A stretch of DNA of 62,917 nt, the filler included, from Octopus bimaculoides (lineage: Eukaryota), in the NCBI RefSeq assembly GCF_001194135.2. It is 4 parts of 4 records of this genome, joined end to end, with 100 filler letters (N's around TTAATTAATTAA, not from the genome) between each part and the next. Parts side by side here need not be neighbours in the genome. Positions count along the whole stretch, not along the records: positions 23,155 to 37,950 come from NC_069006.1; positions 38,051 to 53,539 come from NC_068983.1; 2 more parts are not named here. One strand, given 5' to 3'. Below the pieces are notes generated by a model. The model was not told the DNA's origin. It made no database searches and worked only from the letters and a program-made list of their open reading frames with translations. This document shows, one piece after another, positions 36,243 to 47,982 of the stretch. The position numbers and the translations under genes were made by a program. Numbering within the stretch: position 1 is the first letter of the stretch; every line of letters begins with the position of its first letter.

Positions 36243-37115
36243 NNNNNNNNNNNNNNNNNNNNNNNNNNNNNNNNNNNNNNNNNNNNNNNNNNNNNNNNNN
36301 NNNNNNNNNNNNNNNNNNNNNNNNNNNNNNNNNNNNNNNNNNNNNNNNNNNNNNNNNNNNNNNNNNNNNNNNNNNNNNNNNNNNNNNNNNNNNNNNNNNN
36401 NNNNNNNNNNNNNNNNNNNNNNNNNNNNNNNNNNNNNNNNNNNNNNNNNNNNNNNNNNNNNNNNNNNNNNNNNNNNNNNNNNNNNNNNNNNNNNNNNNNN
36501 NNNNNNNNNNNNNNNNNNNNNNNNNNNNNNNNNNNNNNNNNNNNNNNNNNNNNNNNNNNNNNNNNNNNNNNNNNNNNNNNNNNNNNNNNNNNNNNNNNNN
36601 NNNNNNNNNNNNNNNNNNNNNNNNNNNNNNNNNNNNNNNNNNNNNNNNNNNNNNNNNNNNNNNNNNNNNNNNNNNNNNNNNNNNNNNNNNNNNNNNNNNN
36701 NNNNNNNNNNNNNNNNNNNNNNNNNNNNNNNNNNNNNNNNNNNNNNNNNNNNNNNNNNNNNNNNNNNNNNNNNNNNNNNNNNNNNNNNNNNNNNNNNNNN
36801 NNNNNNNNNNNNNNNNNNNNNNNNNNNNNNNNNNNNNNNNNNNNNNNNNNNNNNNNNNNNNNNNNNNNNNNNNNNNNNNNNNNNNNNNNNNNNNNNNNNN
36901 NNNNNNNNNNNNNNNNNNNNNNNNNNNNNNNNNNNNNNNNNNNNNNNNNTAATGATATGATGATGATGATGATGATGATGATGTTCATGATGCTCACGAT
37001 GATGATCGTGGTGGTGGTGGTGGTGGTGGTGGTGGTGGTGATAGTGATGATGCATGCATACTCACACATATACATATGCTCTTTTTCTCCCTCTCTCTTC
37101 CCCTCTCTCTCTGTT

Positions 37116-37146
<31 letters not shown>

Positions 37147-37491
37147 CACAAAGAGACAGACAGTTAGATAGACAGATTGTGATAGATAAATAGACACAGA
37201 TAGACGGACGGACGGACGGACGGACGGATGGATGGATGGATAGATAGATAGATAGATAAACAGAGAAAGATAACAGACATATTAAGGGATAAAATGTTAT
37301 ATAAATTATGGTTAAAACTCATACAAACGCATATTTCTTTATACGTATGCATACACAAACACACACATTCATATACAGAAATGCATACATATGTATGCAT
37401 AAATATATACATACATGCAAACACATATGGACACATATACATGCATACATGCCTATAAACATGGATATAAACATACATATGTGCATATATA

Positions 37492-37525
<34 letters not shown>

Positions 37526-37535
37526 NNNNNNNNNN

Positions 37536-37657
37536 GAAGGCAACGCTGGTAACAATTACGCTCTAATGGTGCTATTTACGGGCCACTAGCACGGGAGCCA
37601 GACAGCTGCTCTGGCAATGAACACACTCGGACAGTGCTGTTAGTGCTCCACTGGCGC
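37536..37657 (-). mobile_element. SINE family C, 5' portion
   Basis: gaaggcaacgctggtaac...gagccagacagctgctctggcaa is the reverse complement of about 2300-2410. Confidence 0.75.
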
Positions 37658-37772
37658 AGATATTAATATTAAACAAAGCAATAAAATAGTATAGAGTGTA
37701 TATAATATGCATTTGTTAACTAACCTGGGACAGCATCGTGTCCATCTGTTCTAATTTAATTAAATTCTATGT

Positions 37773-37900
37773 CTTCGTGCCGCTGAGGATTGCTCTGCAT
37801 TTTAATTTGATGTAATGATTACATTGTTCAATTAAATGGAGTTGCATGAAACGATCATACTTCATTACCTCTGGATATCCTTGTTGCTTATTTTGATATA
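37773..37900 (+). repeat. Dispersed repeat, copy 1
   Basis: ttcgtgccgctgaggattgctc...ggagttgcatgaaacg...gttgcttatttt matches 38990-39092. Confidence 0.7.
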
Positions 37901-37950
37901 TATATATCTATATATATACATATATATATATATATATACATACATATATA

Positions 37951-38050
37951 NNNNNNNNNNNNNNNNNNNNNNNNNNNNNNNNNNNNNNNNNNNNTTAATT
38001 AATTAANNNNNNNNNNNNNNNNNNNNNNNNNNNNNNNNNNNNNNNNNNNN
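37951..38050. other. Artificial 100-bp gap linker
   Basis: 44 N + TTAATTAATTAA + 44 N. Confidence 0.9.
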
Positions 38051-38989
38051 TGTATATGTATATATAGGATTATATATGTATATAGATGTATGTATATATG
38101 AAATTTTTAAGCTTAGAAATAATCCTAATCTAATCAATAATAGATTAGACCTTAGGGTATCATGTGTACACTACTCTACTCGCACTTTTAAATTTTTTAA
38201 ATAATAGGCCTTTATTAAGTAACAAAATTTATCAAATTATAGTACTTTACTTCTATTATGATCATCTAGGACTATCAATTAGCACATATTTATATTGGTA
38301 ATTGAACCTTTATAACATATATTCCTGATCTCTCACCTTAAGATCTAATCTACTTAAATCAATCATCAGATTCCTGTATTGAATATCCTTGTTATTTCCT
38401 AACATCCTTTCTTTTTTCAGTCCCTTAAACCTTAGTAAACACATTATCATAAACTAATATAAATCCGATAATAATTTTTTATCTTTTATTCACATTATAT
38501 AAATAAACCTTACCTATGTGTCTCCTAAATAGTATCATTATCTTATTTTCAGCTATAATTTTTTTTAAGATAATTCAAAATAGTTTTCATGAACCCAATA
38601 TACTTAATATCCTTAAACTTTACACCCTATCTAGAGCCCCTGAATTCAATACTGACATTATTTCATGATTTTTGTAAGAAATAATTACATCTCATTTTAT
38701 TTATTTTATTAACATACCTCTTATTGTGAAAATATTGGTTAAACTATTATTGTTATCTGTTCAACTATACTGTTACTCTATTCAGACTAAAAGAAAAAAA
38801 AACCTATTTGACCCATATACCTAGGGTTTTAATTCCTCAACTTTTTGATAGTAGTAAAATGACCTGATACTACTCTGACCAGTGAAACCTTTATATTCTA
38901 ATACATTTTATAGCCTTGTCCATGCATACTGCTTACACCTTCCCTTATGCTATCACCACTAGATAAATTTCTACTGTAATTTTCTGCAT

Positions 38990-39092
38990 TTTCGTGCAGC
39001 TGAAGATTGCTCGCATTACTTAAATAAATTGGAGTAGCATGAAACGTGCGTACTGCAATCACCTTTGAAATCCATGTTGCTTATTTTTTGAT
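38990..39092 (+). repeat. Dispersed repeat, copy 2
   Basis: ttcgtgcagctgaagattgctc...ggagtagcatgaaacg...gttgcttatttt. Confidence 0.7.
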
Positions 39093-39162
39093 TTTTTTCA
39101 TCGCCTATCCTTTTGGAATACGATATTCGGGTGCCTACGCATAAGTACCATATTCAACCTTG

Positions 39163-39227
<65 letters not shown>

Positions 39228-40275
39228 NNNNNNNNNNNNNNNNNNNNNNNNNNNNNNNNNNNNNNNNNNNNNNNNNNNNNNNNNNNNNNNNNNNNNNNNN
39301 NNNNNNNNNNNNNNNNNNNNNNNNNNNNNNNNNNNNNNNNNNNNNNNNNNNNNNNNNNNNNNNNNNNNNNNNNNNNNNNNNNNNNNNNNNNNNNNNNNNN
39401 NNNNNNNNNNNNNNNNNNNNNNNNNNNNNNNNNNNNNNNNNNNNNNNNNNNNNNNNNNNNNNNNNNNNNNNNNNNNNNNNNNNNNNNNNNNNNNNNNNNN
39501 NNNNNNNNNNNNNNNNNNNNNNNNNNNNNNNNNNNNNNNNNNNNNNNNNNNNNNNNNNNNNNNNNNNNNNNNNNNNNNNNNNNNNNNNNNNNNNNNNNNN
39601 NNNNNNNNNNNNNNNNNNNNNNNNNNNNNNNNNNNNNNNNNNNNNNNNNNNNNNNNNNNNNNNNNNNNNNNNNNNNNNNNNNNNNNNNNNNNNNNNNNNN
39701 NNNNNNNNNNNNNNNNNNNNNNNNNNNNNNNNNNNNNNNNNNNNNNNNNNNNNNNNNNNNNNNNNNNNNNNNNNNNNNNNNNNNNNNNNNNNNNNNNNNN
39801 NNNNNNNNNNNNNNNNNNNNNNNNNNNNNNNNNNNNNNNNNNNNNNNNNNNNNNNNNNNNNNNNNNNNNNNNNNNNNNNNNNNNNNNNNNNNNNNNNNNN
39901 NNNNNNNNNNNNNNNNNNNNNNNNNNNNNNNNNNNNNNNNNNNNNNNNNNNNNNNNNNNNNNNNNNNNNNNNNNNNNNNNNNNNNNNNNNNNNNNNNNNN
40001 NNNNNNNNNNNNNNNNNNNNNNNNNNNNNNNNNNNNNNNNNNNNNNNNNNNNNNNNNNNNNNNNNNNNNNNNNNNNNNNNNACGTAAAAGCAGAACACAT
40101 TTTAAACGAATTTCCTTAGATGAAAGATGAATGGCAAATAACGTTCATTGAACGTTGGTATCAAAGCATTTACCATGTTAACTAAATGTATAAGTGCCTT
40201 TTCAGATGTAAATTAGATGTTAGATGAGACTATGTTTAGTATTACCATTTCAGACAATGTAGATTCGATTGAGGA

Positions 40276-40276
<1 letters not shown>

Positions 40277-40356
<80 letters not shown>
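40277..40356. repeat. (CTAT)n microsatellite
   Basis: Directly visible. Confidence 0.97.
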
Positions 40357-41458
40357 CGTACACACATACATTCTTTTGTTATATTGTTTTACTGGTTTCA
40401 TAAATTCTATAGCGATCATGCTGGGTCATGCTATTTCCCCGTTGAGAAAAGTGTTACTTGATTATATCGACCCCAGTCAGCTAGCAACCACATCGATCGT
40501 GGAAAACAGTTAGAAATAACTAGAGACAGGAGTTAGAGGATTACAATTTGTTTCGAAATCTTTGTACTAGAAGGAAAAAGAAAGCTATCTTCTAATTTCT
40601 AATATCTATAATAGTACAAGTTAAATAGTACATATAGGAGTGTGTATGATTGAGTATGCCTGTATTCGAGATTTTGTCTGTATACACATAATTACATATC
40701 TATACACGGACGCATGCACGCACACACACAAACACACATGTACGCGCGTACGCACGTATGTGTCGCACGTACTCCTTGCAAGCATAGTGTGTAACTGACA
40801 GTTACATTACGCAAAATTTCAGACTTTAAATTTCGAATAGACAACTTGCTTCTGTCTTTCCCGGGCCTTAAAAGAATAAGTCAGCTAAAAACCATCTCTG
40901 TAGCCCTTCACAATTTTCTTTTTAATTGTTGGAACGGTAATTTTGTTTCCAGTGACACTTCCTACTTTCTCTCTTCTCAAAGGAGTAAAGCTTTAAGTCA
41001 AGACCTAAAATTTATGGAAAATTGCAAAACATTAAGTTTTAGAATTGTACAGAAAACTAATGAATTGAAATATATTTTGACATGTTACATGTATAATTCT
41101 GACAACCTGCTGCAATAAAACACCAACGGTGTTTTTAAATAAATCATATCCACCATAATCATACAAGAACAGTTGGAGTGCATTTCACGCGTAGATATTT
41201 CTCGAATATCTTAATTTAGTAGTATCAGTAATGTTGCTTGCGTTTGAGATGTGTTTTATGATATCAATCAAAATCAGTTTTTCTAAAACTCAGATAGCAA
41301 GATTTGTGCGTGATATTTAATTAAGAAGACAGCGATTTTATTATCCTGGCCAATGATACGATGACACCTTCCATATACTCCACCTAAATTTTCATGACTA
41401 CAGTAGTTGATTCACCCCTCTGCAACTCAAGACTTCAACACACACACGCACACACACA

Positions 41459-41504
<46 letters not shown>

Positions 41505-42642
41505 CACAAATCTTCCCTGTACAATGTCGCTCTTTTTAGACTCGGAATTGATGCACGTTATACGCGGATAGGGTGAACTTCGTATAATACATATAAAAAA
41601 TTTCGTAATCCTTTGTTTAGTGTGAGGTGAGTGGATTTATATCATGAAATAATTTATTTCCTGAAAATTAACTTCTACTGAGAGATAAAGCCAAATTCTA
41701 TGAAACGCAGTTCATCATTCAAGCCAGCACAATTTTGAATAAGTTGCAGCTTCGCCAGCTTAAGCAGGGTAGCCCTAACTTGATTATATATAATTCCTTC
41801 AGCAGACAGTTATGGAAAATTATTCGAACGACATTTTTTGATAAGCATGAAGCAGTGAATTATAATCAGACTAACGATATATCTAATATATAAAATAGAG
41901 ATGCGTACGTATTCACTTTTCACGCGAAAACGGTCCACCTCGAACAAATTATAGACTGTTCATTTGATTTTTTTTTTTAATTACAGACAAGTCTTTGAAT
42001 GTTTTTAAAATGTTGACTTCTGGTTTTCTAGCGTCAGTGTCATGACATATCACTTTATGTATATCTGTCTATCCATCTCCCTCTATCTGTTTCTTTTTTT
42101 CTGTAACAGATCTCTCTATCTATAGCTTTTGTTTTCACTTGCATTTTTCAGACGCTATTCTTTTCAGTTTCAATTTTCTTAAGCCATTGTTTAACTTCCA
42201 TGCCATTGTTTTCAGTTTAAGTCTAAGCATTTTATCGCTATTTACAAACAAACAACGACAAAGTACTGACAGAAAGAAGGTCATAATTACTGATGTAAGT
42301 AATTTCATAATTTACTGACAGAGGTATCTTCATAAATTCCATTTCAATCCATATGTTTTTGTGTTTCTATGTCTGTAAAAATGCAACAGTAACGAGATAT
42401 ATCCGTTGTCTGTTTGTGTGTGTGTGCGTGTACGTGCGCGTATGTATGTGTGTGTACTCTATGCACGGACTTTCATTGTTTCTAATGTGAACCTCTATTT
42501 TGGTTACGAAATATGTTGGACAAACGTGTATTTACTTTATATACATATATGAGTTGAAAACTTTCTTTTCACACTTCACTTAACATCTATGTTCCATGTG
42601 GGCATGAGTTGCACAGTTACGTAGAAAGTTAGTATCTCAGCT

Positions 42643-42731
42643 ACTAGCAGCTGAGATCTGCGTAATCTACACGGCGTTTTTAAATTTCATTATTTTCTTT
42701 AAACCGGGCCACGCCGGGTATTTCTGCTAGT
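42643..42731 (+). mobile_element. Tiny Helentron-like remnant with ACTAGCAG/CTGCTAGT ends
   Basis: 8-bp inverted termini and subterminal ccgggccacgccggg. Confidence 0.4.
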
Positions 42732-42829
42732 GTGTGTATATATATATATTGGTTATACATGGTGATAGTTATATTGCCAATTAAACCCAGGCACTGCTTA
42801 TACGACTTTCACTTTAGTTTTTAGAGATC

Positions 42830-43130
42830 GTCGAGAGTTTTTAGAGATGTAGTGAGTTCAATTTCTGGAACCTGCTGTGTGTTGTGTTCTTTAGCAAGAC
42901 ACATTACTTCACATTGTTCTAGTTCACTCAGGCGCAGAAATGAGTTGCGACGTCACTGGTGCCAAGATGTATCGGCGTTTGTCTTTCGCTTAATATGACA
43001 AGGAGAATGGAGGCTGGTGTGCATGGGTGATTGCTGGTCTTCCATAAAAATCCCTCCCCAGACTTGTGCCTCAGAGGTTTACTTTATAAGCACAGACTCA
43101 TGATCATTCGTGACTGAAGACAGTCCTTTA
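42830..43130 (+). mobile_element. CORE-like SINE related to family D
   Basis: gagttcaatttct...gtgttctttagcaagacacattacttcacattgttctagttcactcag resembles 32810-32870. Confidence 0.55.
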
Positions 43131-44061
43131 TACGTCTGTCAAAGTTCTTTCGTCACGCCCGCCACGAAATCATTAGTGTTCTATCTCACTGTATAAATTC
43201 GTTTAGGAAAGAAGCCATGGATGGATTGATCTGACTTAAGGAGTTTCAATAATTCAAAATATAACCTACATAAAAACTATATATCCAAGTATCAGAACTG
43301 TATAAACATGTCTTTTGTGGGTAATTTAAATGACATATCGAAGCGTTTATTTTTTTACTCGTACCTATAAATAATAATATATATTATGCAAGTGAGGTTT
43401 GTTACAATTGCCGTTAAGACTTTAATGAATAGATGTGAAAGATGCACTGATTTATCTTGACTATATATCTATAAAATCCATAGAATATATTAGCTAATAC
43501 AAATTTGACTACGCTTTTGAATAAAGACGGATATTATATATTTTAACGTTCGCCTCTTAGACAAATATGAATATAGATAACATTTCAAAAATCAAATCTG
43601 ATCCTAGTAATCATAATTATATAATTTGGAAACTTTTCAAACGTTTGAAGAATATTTGCATTATTTAGAATTTTTGGCATAAAAATACAATATATTAATG
43701 TAAAATTTCACAAGTAATGAGAAATTTTCGGCTGTTATTAATAAACTTCACTCATATAGTATTTATATAAAACATATATATATATATATATATATATGTA
43801 TGTGCTTGCGTGTGTCGGTGATTGTGGGTATNNNNNNNNNNNNNNNNNNNNNNNNNNNNNNNNNNNNNNNNNNNNNNNNNNNNNNNNNNNNNNNNNNNNN
43901 NNNNNNNNNNNNNNNNNNNNNNNNNNNNNNNNNNNNNNNNNNNNNNNNNNNNNNNNNNNNNNNNNNNNNNNNNNNNNNNNNNNNNNNNNNNNNNNNNNNN
44001 NNNNNNNNNNNNNNNNNNNNNNNNNNNNNNNNNNNNNNNNNNNNNNNNNNNNNNNNNNNNN

Positions 44062-44103
<42 letters not shown>

Positions 44104-45026
44104 AATGTATGTGTGTATGAAAGAGCAAACGCATTTCATTTGGCTTTAATTCAGTTAATAATTAATGGTGCGGAAGGGAATAAGTAGAGAAGGTATTTTA
44201 ATTCTCCTTCAATTCCACTGTGATGATAATATTTGAATTAATGAGTTTGCTGATGGCAATATCAAGTTAATTTATATTAATATTTATGGCATTTTTCTGT
44301 TATCTATCCACATATTTGTCTACGTAACATTTTCGTCTTTTCAATTAATCGATGATTTTTAAAATTCTTTTATAGCTTTCTGTTATTAAATTTCTGCTCA
44401 ATTTTGAGAATTCTTTCCCTTGTACCCTTCAGAGAAATTTTCATTAGTGTTAATAACGTTCATTTTCATTACGATTATAATTTTGCAGCCGTATTAGAGT
44501 AACACCAGCTTAACTATGTTGTCTTTAACTTGAATACAAACTGTGGAAATCAGACGTTCCTATTTGAATTTTCTTCCATATATATATATGTGTGTGAGTG
44601 TATGTGTATGTATGTATATGTGTATATATATATATATNNNNNNNNNNNNNNNNNNNNNNNNNNNNNNNNNNNNNNNNNNNNNNNNNNNNNNNNNNNNNNN
44701 NNNNNNNNNNNNNNNNNNNNNNNNNNNNNNNNNNNNNNNNNNNNNNNNNNNNNNNNNNNNNNNNNNNNNNNNNNNNNNNNNNNNNNNNNNNNNNNNNNNN
44801 NNNNNNNNNNNNNNNNNNNNNNNNNNNNNNNNNNNNNNNNNNNNNNNNNNNNNNNNNNNNNNNNNNNNNNNNNNNNNNNNNNNNNNNNNNNNNNNNNNNN
44901 NNNNNNNNNNNNNNNNNNNNNNNNNNNNNNNNNNNNNNNNNNNNNNNNNNNNNNNNNNNNNNNNNNNNNNNNNNNNNNNNNNNNNNNNNNNNNNNNNNNN
45001 NNNNNNNNNNNNNNNNNNNNNNNNNN

Positions 45027-45054
<28 letters not shown>

Positions 45055-45057
<3 letters not shown>

Positions 45058-45218
45058 ACGGGCTTCTTTCAGTTTCCGTCTACCAAATTCACTCACAAGG
45101 CTTTGGTCGGTCCCAGGCTATAGTAGAAGACACTTGACCAAGGTACCACACAATGGGACTGAACCCGGAACCATGTGGTTGGTAACTAAGCTACTTACTA
45201 CACAACCATTCCTGTGCC
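45055..45218 (-). mobile_element. SINE family A 5' half
   Basis: gggcttctttcagtttccgtctaccaaattcactcacaaggctttggtcgg...gggactgaacccggaaccatgtgg. Confidence 0.9.
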
Positions 45219-45744
45219 TATATGTACGTGCATACATGCATACATATACATGCATATAGATATGTTTATTTATATATATACATAAACATATTTCTATGCA
45301 TGTATATACATATATATATATGCATGCATATAAATTCTGAGATGTAAGATTTTACTAGATAATGACTGGGTCAATCACAATTTCTTACTCATTATGATCC
45401 GAAGAAGAAATGCCCTACTGACTATGTTCAGTATGAATTTGTAAATTGCAATAGTGTTTACAGATACTAGTAACAAAAACAGCAACGACGGGAACAGTAA
45501 CAACAAAAGTATATATAAAAACGCTAATAATAATAGTCTAATAGCCTGCCTGTCTATTACCTATAAAACCCTCACACTTGTTATTTTCAACGGATTTGTT
45601 AAATATCTGGGAAACAACGTTTTGCCAGAAGGTATACCGAAATGTGATGCGAAGTGGTAAACAGCAGCTGGTGGTGAATCAAGCCACTGTATAAGAGTGT
45701 AAAGAGGACAAACAAAATATATATATATTAAACTTCCTTACGGC

Positions 45745-46800
45745 CAGGATTGACCACCAGAAGGTGTTCGACGGCGTTTCGCTCTCAAGGATACTGAAAT
45801 ATATCGACATAAATTAAGAAGCACCAGGGGAACTAAAATATATAATCCACGCAGTGACAAACTAGAAAACCAGCATAATATTGAATGATTAGTAAACAGC
45901 GTTAAAACCTGCCCTACACCCATAAGAGGAGGAATTTTCCAAGGAGATGCGCTATCATTCATTGCTTTTCTACTGGAAAACTTGTTGACTGAAATCACCC
46001 TGTATTACAGATGCTATATTTCCTATATATGGATGAATTTGTCGTTTTTGTTTTACTAAGAATATGACTGAACATGTAGACCTAGAAATTGTTCATTGTT
46101 TTAGCAAAGACATCAGAATAAGAATGTCGACAAATGTGCCAAAATACCATTGAAAAAAAAAAGCCATTGAGTCAGGCACTGTTAACACTGCACTCAGCAC
46201 CGACGCAGAAACCAGAGAATTAGATCACATTCTCCCATGCAAATATCTTTGAATGCACGAGAGAGCTTAAATACAACGCAGAAATGAAGAAAAAATTAAG
46301 AATTATTTCAGGAACGTAAGCGAGTCATATCTTACAGCTTCAGCATAATAAACTGGGAGATTGGCAATTTGTGAAACTTAGCAATGAAAAGTAGCAAACT
46401 ATTAACAGCTTACCGAAGTCACTTAGTCGCGACAGAATATACCTACCGTACATAGAAGGAGAACGTGGCCTGATTCAGATAGACGTCTATGAATTAACAA
46501 CAATTGGACTAGAGAAATACATAAAAGAAGATGTTGGCGACTATTACATGCATTAAAGCAACATAAAAAAATAGAAAACACATTTCTCTATCAACAAGGA
46601 ATCTATAATTTAAAAGACAGACACAAACTATATTGAAATAGTGAACGTAGATGACAACACATGTGGAATTATTAAAGAGATAAATGCAACATGAAAAGAG
46701 AATTAGAAATCATACTAAAGAAGAAATGTAGAGAACTATCAGCTCATGCCTGATATCCTACAAGACTTGGAAGAGAAGTGAGCCTACTATGGCTGAATGA
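45745..46800 (+). mobile_element. Very decayed R4/Dong RT-thumb fragment
   Basis: QKVFDGVS (KAFDSVP), IRGGIFQGDALS, FLYMDE, FSKDI, DKCAK, SFSIINW, DRIYLPYIEGERGLIQ. Confidence 0.75.
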
Positions 46801-47034
46801 TATTAAGCAAAATTTTAAAAAAATAAATAAATAAAAAATAAAACAATACAAACACTAATATATCAAAAGGCTCAAGCTAAAGCATAAAACAAAACAAACT
46901 GATTTGATGCAGTAACGGGAAGCGTCTTTAATCCCCCAAACATCAACAAAAACAAGAACACACAGTGTTCCACATACCTCAGGAACACAGAGCTATACCG
47001 GTTGAGGCAGTTAGATTTGTCAGAAACTGCAGAA

Positions 47035-47409
47035 CAACAAGAGCACTTAGAGAGCACAAACCTCAGCCAAGGTAACACCAATGTCCTCTCAACGAGTAGC
47101 TGGAGATGATTTCTTAAAATGAGAATATCTGAAATAAACCCGACTGCTCTCTCAAACGAGAATACTAAACATGAACCCGACCGCTCTCAAAAATTAAGTA
47201 CCAAAAACAAGAAAAATAATCTAGAATCCTTGTACAGTAGCGGATCAATTCCCAAATTCATTCAGTTCGTGCCAGTAAGGAGGTCAGACATCCCTGAAAG
47301 TTTCATCCGAATCCATCAAGCGGTTCTTGAGATATCCTGTCCAAGGACAAACAAACAAACAAACAAACACGACTGGAAACAATACCTCCGCTTTCGCTAA
47401 GGCGGAGGT
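47035..47409 (+). mobile_element. Helentron/DINE-1-like non-autonomous element, copy 2
   Basis: 5' acctcagccaagg (47060-47072) inverts to the 3' end (9/13); (ACAA)n; perfect terminal hairpin acctccgc (47384-47391) / gcggaggt (47402-47409). Confidence 0.7.
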
Positions 47410-47937
47410 AATAACAACAAAGACGACAATACTAACTTATTGAAATTACATCGATATTATAACCTGTACTTTACTATTAGAAAACGATTTTTAAAAAACC
47501 GTTTGTAAATTAATTTATATAATAGTTAAATTTTATGATTATATTTCATCGTGTAATAAAATGCATATCTTTAAATAAGTATTGCTGGCTATTTTGATAA
47601 AAAGGAATTTTCTAGTTTATACATGGTTGTACCTTGCTCATGAAGGGTTAAGGGCCCTATGATTTACGTCTTTGTAATGCCAACACTGGCATGAAAATTA
47701 TTTAGTTTTCTCCCACAAATTGTCATATATTTTAAGTCCTCACGAAATATGAATGCACTGAAGTCAATTTTAAAAATTATTATCTGAAGAAAATAGTGAT
47801 GATCATGATCATGATGACTATGATGATAGACTTCATGATGACGACGAAGGGGACGTTGACGATGTTGATAATGATGAACATATATTTATATTGGCGCATT
47901 TATACATACATACATACATACATACATACATAAATAT

Positions 47938-47982
<45 letters not shown>

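Noticed and set aside
38100-38980. Mitochondrial insertion (NUMT)
   Set aside because: AT-rich, but I could not recognise any mitochondrial gene, tRNA or rRNA motif
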